This document shows positions 16,542 through 23,834 of a stretch of DNA of 24,000 nucleotides, piece after piece (position 1 is the stretch's first letter; each line of letters opens with the position of its first letter). The notes under the pieces are model-generated. The model was not told the origin of the DNA and made no database searches. It worked only from the letters and a program-made list of their open reading frames with translations. Both the position numbers and the translations under genes were made by a program. The DNA lies in the NCBI RefSeq assembly GCF_900890425.1, contig NZ_CAAHFG010000004.1:218798-242797 (forward strand), given 5' to 3'. The DNA comes from Pontiella desulfatans. GTDB taxonomy: Bacteria > Verrucomicrobiota > Kiritimatiellia > Kiritimatiellales > Pontiellaceae.

Positions 16542-17027
16542 ATGGAAAACCTTTTAGCCGCCGTTGATTTCTCACAAACCACCGATACCGTCATTGAACA
16601 GGCCACACTCCTCGCCAATGCGCTCGGCTCAAAGCTCTGGATCCTGCACGTCACTTCCGACGAAACGCAGGCCATGGTCTACGAAGCCACCCAGGTCACC
16701 GGCTACTCCCCCGAATTCGTCAGCATGCCCGGCGATGTCCAGCTGGCCCGCGACCTCAGCGCCGAGGAAATCAAACGCGAGCACAAGGAGCTGCAGGGCA
16801 TCTCCTCCAAACTCCGGGCAGAGGGCGTCGATGCCCAGGCCCTGTTGCTCAAGGGCGATGCCGCCAAAACCATCGTCGAAAAGGCGAAGGAACTCCGGTC
16901 TGGAATAATCATCCTCGGCTCGCACGGCCATGGCCTGTTGCATAAGGCCTTGCTGGGCAGCGTCTCCGAGGCCGTGATGCACCACGCCAAATGCAACGTC
17001 CTCGTCGTTCCTCGGGCCGGGAAATAG
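16542..17027 (+). CDS. Universal stress protein (UspA family)
   Basis: 161 aa with an N-terminal LLAAVDFS and the C-terminal ATP-binding-type motif GSHGHGLLHKALLGSVSEAVMHHAKCNVLVV. Confidence 0.85.
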   Translation: MENLLAAVDFSQTTDTVIEQATLLANALGSKLWILHVTSDETQAMVYEATQVTGYSPEFVSMPGDVQLARDLSAEEIKREHKELQGISSKLRAEGVDAQALLLKGDAAKTIVEKAKELRSGIIILGSHGHGLLHKALLGSVSEAVMHHAKCNVLVVPRAGK

Positions 17028-17126
17028 GCCTCTCTACCATGCAATTCGTATGGCGTATGGCTTGACCTCCCCTTCGGTCGAGCTACTCTCCACACGCATT
17101 ACGAAATCACAAGACGAAGGCCTCCC

Positions 17127-18125
17127 ATGTTGCAGACCATCATAGAAAAAGCCGTTGCCGGAACCGGATGCACGCCTGAAGACGCTCCTGGGCTGATCGA
17201 AGCCAACGAAGCCGACCTCTTTGCCGGCGCCACGCAAATCCGCGAAGCCCACTTCGGCAACACCATCCAGCTCTGCTGCATCATCAACGCCAAAAGCGGC
17301 AAGTGCGACATGGACTGCCGCTTCTGCTCCCAGAGCGGGCACAACTCCACCGAAATCGAAGTCTACCCCTTCATGGAAACCGTGGATCTACAAAACCAAA
17401 TCCACGAAAACATCAAGAACGGCGACCGCATGTGCGGCGTCGTCACCAGCGGCGGAAAACTCTCAACCGCGGAACTCAAGCAACTCGCCGAAACCGTCAA
17501 GCGGATTGGCGGCGGCGAACAGGCTCCCATCTGCGGCTCCCTCGGACGGCTCCCCCCCGAAGACCTCTCCATGCTCAAGCAATCCGGCGTCACCCGCTTC
17601 CACCACAACCTCGAAACCTCCGAAAACCACTATCCGCAAATCTGCTCCACCCAGGAATGGTCGCAACGGCTCGAAACCGTCAAAGCCGCCCAGGCCGCCG
17701 GACTCAAGGTGTGCAGTGGCGGGCTCTTCGGCCTCGGCGAAAGCTGGCACGATCGCATCGACCTCGCCCTCACCCTGCGCGAACTCGGCGTCGATAGCGT
17801 CCCCATCAACTTCCTCTACGCCCATCCCGGCACCCCCTTGAAAGACCGGCAGCAACTCTCCCCGGCGGAAGCCCTGCGCATCATCGCCCTCTACCGCTTC
17901 CTCTTGCCAACCGTCACCCTGCGCATCTGCGGCGGACGCTCCCACATTCTCGCCCATCGCCAGGCCGACATCTTCGCCGCCGGAGCCAACGGCCTCATGA
18001 CCGGCAACTACCTCACCGTCGCCGGCAGCCAATACGAATCCGACCTCCAATTGATCCAATCCCTCGGCCTCGAAATCGCCCCCCCCCAATCCCCGCCTCC
18101 GTCACGCCCGCGCTCACGATCGTGA
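17127..18125 (+). CDS. bioB: Biotin synthase
   Basis: Radical SAM motif NAKSGKCDMDCRFCSQS. BioB signature FHHNLETS...Y..I. Cys residues are positioned for the auxiliary cluster (CGVV, ICGSLG, VCSGG). There is an unusual Pro/Ser/Arg-rich C-terminal tail after a C9 run. Confidence 0.85.
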   Translation: MLQTIIEKAVAGTGCTPEDAPGLIEANEADLFAGATQIREAHFGNTIQLCCIINAKSGKCDMDCRFCSQSGHNSTEIEVYPFMETVDLQNQIHENIKNGDRMCGVVTSGGKLSTAELKQLAETVKRIGGGEQAPICGSLGRLPPEDLSMLKQSGVTRFHHNLETSENHYPQICSTQEWSQRLETVKAAQAAGLKVCSGGLFGLGESWHDRIDLALTLRELGVDSVPINFLYAHPGTPLKDRQQLSPAEALRIIALYRFLLPTVTLRICGGRSHILAHRQADIFAAGANGLMTGNYLTVAGSQYESDLQLIQSLGLEIAPPQSPPPSRPRSRS

Positions 18126-18198
18126 GCACAGACGTGCCCCCCCTTTCGCCTGCCGAAATCGTTAGACACGGCTAAAAAAGCGAGTAGTCTGAAACACC

Positions 18199-19422
18199 AT
18201 GGAATCACCATCCATAGTACCGAGCGATGTCATCCTCGAAAGCATATCCGACGGCGTGTTCACGGTTGGAAACGACTGGCGCATCGCCTCGTTCAACCGG
18301 GCGGCGGAACAGATAACCGGCGTTCCGCGCAAGGAGGCCATTGGACGGCTCTGCTCGGAAGTATTCCGCTCCAGCATGTGTGAAGGCGCCTGCGCACTGC
18401 GCAAAACCCTCGAGACCGGCCAACCGCTCATTGCCCACGCCTGCTACATCGTCAACGCCGATGGCGAGCGCATCCCCGCAAGCGTCTCGACCGCCGTGCT
18501 CAAAGATGAAGCCGGCAACATGATCGGGGGGGCCGAAACCTTCCGCGACCTCAGCGAAATCGAAACCCTGCGCAAACAAATCTCCGGCCGCTACACCCTT
18601 GGCGACCTCATCAGCCACAGCCACGCCATGCAGCCGGTCTACGAGATGACCTCCTCCGTCGCCAATTCCAACATCACCGCCCTCATCCATGGCGAAACCG
18701 GCACCGGCAAGGAGTTGCTCGCCAGAGCCATCCACGGCATGAGCCCCCGCTCCGCCAAACCCTTCGTCGCCATCAACTGTGCCGCCCTGCCCGACACCCT
18801 GCTCGAATCCGAACTCTTCGGCTATAAAAAGGGCGCCTTCACCGGCGCCGTGCAGGATCGCGAAGGCAGATTTGCCCAGGCCAGGGACGGCACGGTCTTC
18901 CTTGATGAAATCGGCGAAATCAGCCCCGCCCTGCAGGTGCGGCTGCTTCGCGTCTTGCAGGAACACACCTACGAACCGCTCGGCAGCAACGAAACCCGGC
19001 GCACCGAGGCCCGCATCATTGCCGCCACGCACCGCGATCTCTCCGCGTTGGTTGAAAGCGGCGAATTTCGCGAAGACCTCTTCTACCGCATCAATGTCAT
19101 CCGCATCGACCTCCCCCCCCTGCGCAGCCGCAAGGAAGACCTTCCCCTGCTCATCGACCACTTCATTGAACGCTTCAACCGCATTCACAACAAAAACATT
19201 GCCGGGCTATCCAACGGGGCCAACTCGTTGCTCATGGCCCACGACTGGCCGGGCAATGTCCGCGAGCTCGAAAACATCGTCGAGCGCGCCTTTGTCCTAT
19301 GCAATGGCACGCAGATTGAAATACGCCACCTCCCCCCGGTGGGCAGCCGAGCCCCCGCCACCCCGAACATCTACCCGACATCGGCACCGCCCGCCGTAGC
19401 GCCGAAGCCCGGACTATTTTGA
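18199..19422 (+). CDS. Sigma54-dependent enhancer-binding protein (PAS plus AAA+), reading frame interrupted before its HTH
   Basis: PAS domain with four Cys. Walker A GETGTGKE, sigma54-contact loop GAFTGA, and [10 protein letters not shown]. The ORF ends in a low-complexity Pro/Ala tail at TGA 19420-19422 with no DNA-binding domain. Confidence 0.85.
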   Translation: MESPSIVPSDVILESISDGVFTVGNDWRIASFNRAAEQITGVPRKEAIGRLCSEVFRSSMCEGACALRKTLETGQPLIAHACYIVNADGERIPASVSTAVLKDEAGNMIGGAETFRDLSEIETLRKQISGRYTLGDLISHSHAMQPVYEMTSSVANSNITALIHGETGTGKELLARAIHGMSPRSAKPFVAINCAALPDTLLESELFGYKKGAFTGAVQDREGRFAQARDGTVFLDEIGEISPALQVRLLRVLQEHTYEPLGSNETRRTEARIIAATHRDLSALVESGEFREDLFYRINVIRIDLPPLRSRKEDLPLLIDHFIERFNRIHNKNIAGLSNGANSLLMAHDWPGNVRELENIVERAFVLCNGTQIEIRHLPPVGSRAPATPNIYPTSAPPAVAPKPGLF

Positions 19423-19535
19423 AAACCCTCGAAAAAAACAACTTCAACCGCCTTGCCACCGCCCACGAACTCGGTATCCACAAAACCACCCTATACCGAA
19501 AAATTAAGGCACTCGGACTCTCCCTTCCCCACTAA
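19320..19535 (+). other. Displaced Fis-type HTH coding segment of the sigma54 activator (different frame)
   Basis: The frame whose codons start at multiples of 3 reads ...[48 protein letters not shown], the expected EBP C-terminal HTH. It is open from 19320 to TAA 19533-19535. It has no start codon of its own. Confidence 0.75.
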
Positions 19536-19536
19536 G

Positions 19537-19580
19537 GTATATCATCCAACCACCACGATCGTGGTGGTTGGATGATATAC
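19537..19580 (+). terminator. 44-bp perfect palindrome (22-bp arms, no spacer), probable terminator of the activator gene
   Basis: GTATATCATCCAACCACCACGA/TCGTGGTGGTTGGATGATATAC, verified base by base. It starts 2 nt after the HTH-frame stop and is followed by TTT only. Confidence 0.5.
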
Positions 19581-19594
19581 TTTCATGCGGACTT

Positions 19595-19641
19595 GGGTTG
19601 CTAAAATGCAACCCTGGCCACCGATATGGTTGCATTTTAGC
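19595..19641. repeat. Nested inverted repeats built on GGTTGC/GCAACC, candidate enhancer (UAS) sites
   Basis: GGGTTGC-TAAAAT-GCAACCC occupies 19595-19614. A 14-nt arm GCTAAAATGCAACC (19600-19613) is perfectly complementary to GGTTGCATTTTAGC (19628-19641), with a 14-nt spacer. The repeats lie about 115-160 nt upstream of the sigma54 promoter's predicted TSS. Confidence 0.4.
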
Positions 19642-19731
19642 TACCCTCCCACCTCATCGCCCCCACACGTTGTATTACGCAAGAGGCTTTCTGTTATGGA
19701 CTTGCGAATCCGATGCCCCGGCATCCGCCGC

Positions 19732-19746
19732 TGGCACCGTTGTTGC
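19732..19746 (+). promoter_or_regulatory. Sigma54 (-24/-12) promoter for the NifX-like/MinD-ferredoxin cluster
   Basis: TGGCAC-CGTTG-TTGC(T), an exact consensus with GG-N10-GC spacing, in the intergenic region directly downstream of a sigma54 activator gene. Confidence 0.7.
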
Positions 19747-19760
19747 TATAGGGGTGGCAG

Positions 19761-20114
19761 ATGAAAGCTGCACTCACAGATTGGCAAGGACGCATTGCCC
19801 CCGTATTCGACGTGGCGGGGAATGTTCTGATCGTCGGCCAGGATGGCCGGGAGCAATCCATGGCCCTGCCGGCTGATTATCCCGAGAGCAAGCTGGCCTT
19901 TCTTAAGGAGCAGCAGGTCGATGTCTTGATTTGCGGTGCGATCTCGCGCCGGGTGCAGAAATATGCGGAGGAACTCGGAATCCGGGTGAACCCCTTCGTC
20001 TCCGGCGAAGTCCGGGAGGTTTGGGAGGCGTGGAAAAGCGGCCAGCTCGACGAAGCCTGCTATTCGATGCCCGGCTGCCGCCGATGCCGCAGACGCAACG
20101 GACAGTGCAATTAA
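19761..20114 (+). CDS. NifB/NifX-family (dinitrogenase FeMo-cofactor-binding-like) small protein with a Cys-rich C-terminal tail
   Basis: MKAALTDWQGRIAPVFDVAGNVLIV... plus VDVLICGAIS match the NifX-like/MTH1175-like small-protein pattern. The tail is CYSMPGCRRCRRRNGQCN. Confidence 0.65.
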   Translation: MKAALTDWQGRIAPVFDVAGNVLIVGQDGREQSMALPADYPESKLAFLKEQQVDVLICGAISRRVQKYAEELGIRVNPFVSGEVREVWEAWKSGQLDEACYSMPGCRRCRRRNGQCN

Positions 20115-20128
20115 CAAGGAGGCATAAC

Positions 20129-20419
20129 ATGCCACGAGGAAACGGAACAGGGCCGGTTGGTGCCGGCCCCATGACAGGAAAAGGCGTGGGATACTGCGCC
20201 GGCAACCATGCGCCGGGATGGCAAACATCCGGCGGCGGAGGAATGCAACGCGGATTGCGCCGAAACGGGAAGCCGCGCGGCTTTTTCCGCAACCATGCCC
20301 AGCATGCCGTCGCATCGGCCGATGCCATGCTGTTGCAGGAAGGGATCGATGCCCTGCACGCAAAGCTTGCATCGCTCGAACAACAACTCGCCGGACTCGG
20401 CGGACAACAGGAAGACTGA
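20129..20419 (+). CDS. DUF5320-family protein (Gly-rich N-terminus, coiled-coil C-terminus)
   Basis: AAGGAGG SD at 20116-20122. The N-terminus MPRGNGTGPVGAGPMTGKGVGYCAG matches my recollection of the DUF5320 signature. The C-terminus is heptad-like (IDALHAKLASLEQQLAGL). The longer listed ORF (19931) overlaps the previous gene. Confidence 0.65.
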   Translation: MPRGNGTGPVGAGPMTGKGVGYCAGNHAPGWQTSGGGGMQRGLRRNGKPRGFFRNHAQHAVASADAMLLQEGIDALHAKLASLEQQLAGLGGQQED

Positions 20420-20420
20420 A

Positions 20421-20783
20421 ATGAAAATCGCCATTACCACCGCCGGGGACAATCTGGACGCCGCGGTCGACACCCGATTCGGGCGCGCACCGCAGTTCCT
20501 GATCTACCATTCCAAAACCGGCTCATTCACCATTAGGAAAAACACGCAGAACCTGAACGCCGCGCAAGGTGCGGGCATCCAGTCGGCCGTCAACCTGACC
20601 GATGAGCAAGTCGATTGCGTCATTACCGGAAACTGCGGCCCGAAGGCCTATGCCACGCTCGATGCCGCCGGGATCAAGGTTTACACCTGCTCCGGCACCA
20701 CCGTTGGCGAGGCCATCGAAATGCTCAAGCGCAACGAGTTGAAGCCGTCCGCAGAAGCCAACGTGGAAGGTCATTGGGCGTAA
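20421..20783 (+). CDS. NifB/NifX-family (FeMo-cofactor-binding-like) small protein
   Basis: MKIAITTAGDNLDAAVDTRFGRAPQFLIY..., VDCVITGNCGPKA and AGIKVY form the classic NifX-like domain pattern. The ATG lies 1 nt after the previous stop. Confidence 0.8.
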   Translation: MKIAITTAGDNLDAAVDTRFGRAPQFLIYHSKTGSFTIRKNTQNLNAAQGAGIQSAVNLTDEQVDCVITGNCGPKAYATLDAAGIKVYTCSGTTVGEAIEMLKRNELKPSAEANVEGHWA

Positions 20784-20852
20784 GTAGCAAAAGCTACCGG
20801 TCAAAAGCCGAAAGTCCCAAGGTCTAGCGTCTGACCTTCGGCCTTCGGCTTT
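20784..20852 (+). other. Structured intergenic element (hairpins plus tandem heptamers) inside the cluster
   Basis: GTAGC-AAAA-GCTAC occupies 20784-20797. AAAGCCGAA (20804-20812) pairs with TTCGGCTTT (20844-20852), enclosing AAGGTC-N8-GACCTT. Tandem CCTTCGG x2 and TCCGACC x2 follow. Confidence 0.4.
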
Positions 20853-20876
20853 CCGACCTCCGACCACAAAACCATC

Positions 20877-21746
20877 ATGCAAACCTACACCGAATGCATT
20901 CCCTGTTTTGTTCGCCAGGCGCACGACGCGTTGCGGCAGGTTGCAAAGGAAGACGAGGAGCTCGTGCTCCGTACGCTTCAGCGCGTATTGCGCGAAGCCG
21001 CCGAGTTTCCGCTTTCGAGCACGCCGCCCGCCATGGCCCAGGCCACCCATCGCATTATCCGCGAGGAATCGGGCAATCCCGATCCCTATGCGGAAATCAA
21101 GGCCGAATCCACCCGGTTGGCACTCGGGCTGGCCAGCGAGGCGCGCAAGGTGATTTCCTCCGCCATCGATCCGTTCAAGATGGCGGTGCGATTCTCCATT
21201 GCCGGCAACATCATGGATTTTGCGCTAATGGCCAACTGGGATAAACTCGACCTCGACAACTTTATTGAACAGACCCGCCTGCAGCCCGTTGACGATGAGG
21301 CGCTTGAAAAACTACGGAACGCCGTGCGCCAAGCGCGTTCGATCCTGGTTCTGGGCGACAATGCCGGGGAGGCGGTCTTCGACAAGCTGTTGATCGAGCA
21401 CCTTGGCGGTGCAGACATGTTCTATGCGGTCAAAGGTTCGCCGGTGATCAACGATGTCACGTTGGAGGATGCCAAAGCCTCCGGCCTTGATGAGGTTGCC
21501 ACGCTGGTTGAAAACGGCTCCGATGCCCCGGGCACGATCCTCGAAGACTGCAACACCACATTCCGCGGACTGTTTCATGAAGTCGGGCTCGTGATTGCCA
21601 AGGGGCAGGCCAACTATGAAACACTGAGCCGTTGCCCCCGTCCGCTCTTTTTCTTGACGCAGGTCAAATGCCCGGTCATCGGAAGAGATCTCGACGAACC
21701 GGTCGGCACCTGGGTGGTGCGCGAACACAAAGGAACGAAACGATGA
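20877..21746 (+). CDS. DUF89/ARMT1-like metal-dependent (damage-control) phosphatase family protein
   Basis: N-terminal C.PC (ECIPCFVRQ), then AGNIMDF, LGDNAGEAVFD, GSPVINDVT and AKGQANYE signatures. No obvious SD upstream. Confidence 0.7.
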   Translation: MQTYTECIPCFVRQAHDALRQVAKEDEELVLRTLQRVLREAAEFPLSSTPPAMAQATHRIIREESGNPDPYAEIKAESTRLALGLASEARKVISSAIDPFKMAVRFSIAGNIMDFALMANWDKLDLDNFIEQTRLQPVDDEALEKLRNAVRQARSILVLGDNAGEAVFDKLLIEHLGGADMFYAVKGSPVINDVTLEDAKASGLDEVATLVENGSDAPGTILEDCNTTFRGLFHEVGLVIAKGQANYETLSRCPRPLFFLTQVKCPVIGRDLDEPVGTWVVREHKGTKR

Positions 21747-22576
21747 AAATTGCAATTGCATCCGGCAAAGGGGGAACGGGGAAAACCACCCTCTCCTGCG
21801 CTATGGCGCTCTCCGTGTCGGAGGAAGTGTTCCTGCTCGACTGCGATGTCGAGGAGCCGAACAGCCACTTCTTCATCCGCCCGACCATCGGGCGGACGGA
21901 AAAAACATACAGCCTCGTTCCCGAGGTCGATGCGGAAACGTGCACCGGCTGCGGGGAGTGCGGGCGTGTTTGCCAGTTCAGCGCCATTGTGTCGCTCGGG
22001 AAAAAAACCATGGTCTTCAACGAGCTGTGCCACAGCTGCGGCGCCTGCAGCCGCATCTGCCCCTCCGGGGCCATCCGGGAGACCCCGAAGAAGACCGGGC
22101 TGCTGACCATTGGGCGGAGAGACCACATCACGTTTGTATCCGGTCGTCTCGATGTTGGCCAGGCCATGTCGCCGCCGGTCATCCGCGAGACCTTGAAACA
22201 CGCAAGCAAGGACGGACTGACCATCGTGGATTGCCCTCCCGGCACCTCGTGCCCGTTCGTGACGGCGGTCAAGGGGTGCGATGCCGTGCTGCTTGTCACG
22301 GAGCCGACGCCTTTCGGCCTGCACGACTTGAAGCTCGCCGTCGAGACGATCCGCGAGCTGGGCATCCCGTTCGCGGTGGTCGTCAACCGCTCAAACGGCG
22401 AGCGCAACCGCATCAGTGAATATTGCGAGATGGAAGGCATTGAGCTTCTGCTGCAGATTCCCGAAGACCGCCGCGTCGCCGAGGCCTATTCCCGCGGCGC
22501 CGCCCTCACCACCGCCCTGCCCGAACTAAAGGAAACCATTGCTTCGCTTCCGGAAAAAATGAAGGCTCTTGCATGA
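21743..22576 (+). CDS. MinD/ParA-superfamily P-loop ATPase with an inserted 2x[4Fe-4S] ferredoxin domain
   Basis: Deviant Walker A SGKGGTGKT, plus CTGCGECGRVC and CHSCGACSRICP motifs. ATGA overlap with the upstream stop. Confidence 0.85.
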   Translation: MKIAIASGKGGTGKTTLSCAMALSVSEEVFLLDCDVEEPNSHFFIRPTIGRTEKTYSLVPEVDAETCTGCGECGRVCQFSAIVSLGKKTMVFNELCHSCGACSRICPSGAIRETPKKTGLLTIGRRDHITFVSGRLDVGQAMSPPVIRETLKHASKDGLTIVDCPPGTSCPFVTAVKGCDAVLLVTEPTPFGLHDLKLAVETIRELGIPFAVVVNRSNGERNRISEYCEMEGIELLLQIPEDRRVAEAYSRGAALTTALPELKETIASLPEKMKALA

Positions 22577-23427
22577 AAGAACTCGTGATCATCAGCGGGA
22601 AGGGTGGTACGGGGAAGACGAGCATCACCGCCTCGTTCGCGGCTTTGGCCGAGTTTGCCGTGCTGGCCGACTGCGATGTCGATGCCGCCGACCTGCATCT
22701 TGTCCTGAGCCCCAACATTCAAACCAGCACGACCTTCACCAGCGGCCACGCCGCCGAAATCCGCGCGGCCGACTGTACGCAGTGCGGTCTATGCGAAGAG
22801 CTCTGCCGTTTCGATGCCATCCGTAATTTCCAGGTCGATCCGTTGAGCTGCGAAGGGTGCGGGGCCTGCGTCGAATTCTGCCCGGTCAAGGCGATCGACT
22901 TTCCGGAGCAGGATTGCGGCGAATGGCATGTTTCGGCCACGCGCAACGGCGAGATGGTGCATGCGCGCATGCATCCCGGCGCGGAAAACTCCGGCAAGCT
23001 CGTCAGCCTCGTCCGGCAGGAGGCGCGCAAGATCGCCATCCGGCAAAACAGCGCATTTCTTCTGGTGGACGGCCCGCCCGGCATCGGTTGCCCGGTGATC
23101 GCCTCCATTACGGGCGCCGATGCCGTGCTGGTTGTCTCGGAGCCGACGCTCTCCGGCGAGCACGACCTGAAGCGCGTGCTGGAGCTGGCCAACCATTTCA
23201 AGATTCCGGCGATGGTCTGCATCAACAAGTGGGACATCAACGCAGTGATGACGCAGCGGATCGAGCAAACCGCCCGGGAACTGGGGGCGACGCCCGTCGG
23301 GCGCATTCCATATGACCCGGCGGTGACCACCGCGCAGATCAACGCCCGGGCGTTGGTCGAGGATTCCGACGGCGAGGCCGCCCGGGCCGTTCGCGAAACC
23401 TGGAGCACCGTATGTTCGACGATATGA
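22573..23427 (+). CDS. MinD/ParA-superfamily P-loop ATPase with an inserted 2x[4Fe-4S] ferredoxin domain (paralog)
   Basis: SGKGGTGKT, CTQCGLCEELC and CEGCGACVEFCP motifs. ATGA overlap with the upstream stop. Confidence 0.85.
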   Translation: MKELVIISGKGGTGKTSITASFAALAEFAVLADCDVDAADLHLVLSPNIQTSTTFTSGHAAEIRAADCTQCGLCEELCRFDAIRNFQVDPLSCEGCGACVEFCPVKAIDFPEQDCGEWHVSATRNGEMVHARMHPGAENSGKLVSLVRQEARKIAIRQNSAFLLVDGPPGIGCPVIASITGADAVLVVSEPTLSGEHDLKRVLELANHFKIPAMVCINKWDINAVMTQRIEQTARELGATPVGRIPYDPAVTTAQINARALVEDSDGEAARAVRETWSTVCSTI

Positions 23428-23834
23428 TGGCTGCCATCGAAGAGCGCGCGAAATATTTTGGCCCGATGCGGGATGCCAATGCCTATGCCAAGGTGCATGG
23501 CGAGTGCAACGACACGGCGGAGGTCTGGCTGCGCATCGACGGGGGGCGGGTCCGGAAGGGTTCGTTCATGACCGACGGATGCGGCTATTCCAAGCATTGC
23601 TGCGCGACCGCCGTCAAACTGGCCGAGGGCATGAAAACGGAGGACGCCGCGGCCATGACGCAGGAGCAAGTGCTCGAAGCCACCGGCCCGCTGCCGGAAG
23701 ACCACCGGCATTGCGCCCTGCTCGCGGCCAACACGGTTCGGCAAGCCATCGACAACTTCCAAAACGCAACCCCGAAGGTTCCGTTGAGCGAACGGCTGAA
23801 ACAACTTTTGGACAAGGAGCGTGGCCATGCCTGA
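23412..23834 (+). CDS. NifU/IscU N-terminal-domain-like Fe-S scaffold protein
   Basis: Three Cys in IscU-like positions (GECND, DGCGYS, HRHCALLA) and the KT.DA helix. The in-frame ATG at 23424 would give an ATGA overlap with the upstream stop, so it is an alternative start. Confidence 0.7.
   Translation: MFDDMMAAIEERAKYFGPMRDANAYAKVHGECNDTAEVWLRIDGGRVRKGSFMTDGCGYSKHCCATAVKLAEGMKTEDAAAMTQEQVLEATGPLPEDHRHCALLAANTVRQAIDNFQNATPKVPLSERLKQLLDKERGHA

Noticed and set aside
17028-17126. Possible biotin operator or riboswitch upstream of bioB (direct GTATGGC x2, weak GACC/GGTC hairpin)
   Set aside because: There is no dyad resembling known BirA/BioQ/BioR operators, and no convincing conserved-looking structure. 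The repeats are too short to interpret.
18126-18138. Sigma54-promoter-like sequence on the minus strand just after bioB. It shares ACAGACGTGCC with the real promoter at 10362-10377.
   Set aside because: It reads GGGCAC-...-TGC with GG-N9-GC spacing, one base short of the required N10. It points antisense into bioB with no gene to drive. Most likely a chance similarity or decayed copy.
19627-19643. ATGGTTGCATTTTAGCT as a second sigma54 promoter (the GG-N10-GC spacing fits)
   Set aside because: Only the GG and GC dinucleotides match; the flanking consensus bases (TGGCAC, TTGC) do not. An exact consensus promoter lies 100 nt downstream. The sequence is better explained as one arm of the inverted repeat.
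19568-19876. 102-aa ORF spanning the intergenic region and the start of the NifX-like gene
   Set aside because: It begins inside the palindrome, runs across the inverted repeats and the sigma54 promoter, and overlaps the NifX-like gene out of frame. It has no motif support.
19931-20128. Upstream extension of the DUF5320 ORF (the listed start at 19931), and likewise 20208 for the second NifX-like gene and 21632 for the first MinD-like gene
   Set aside because: The extensions overlap the preceding genes out of frame and are Arg/Pro-rich. The internal ATGs (20129, 20421, 21743) give canonical family N-termini, with an SD or an ATGA overlap.
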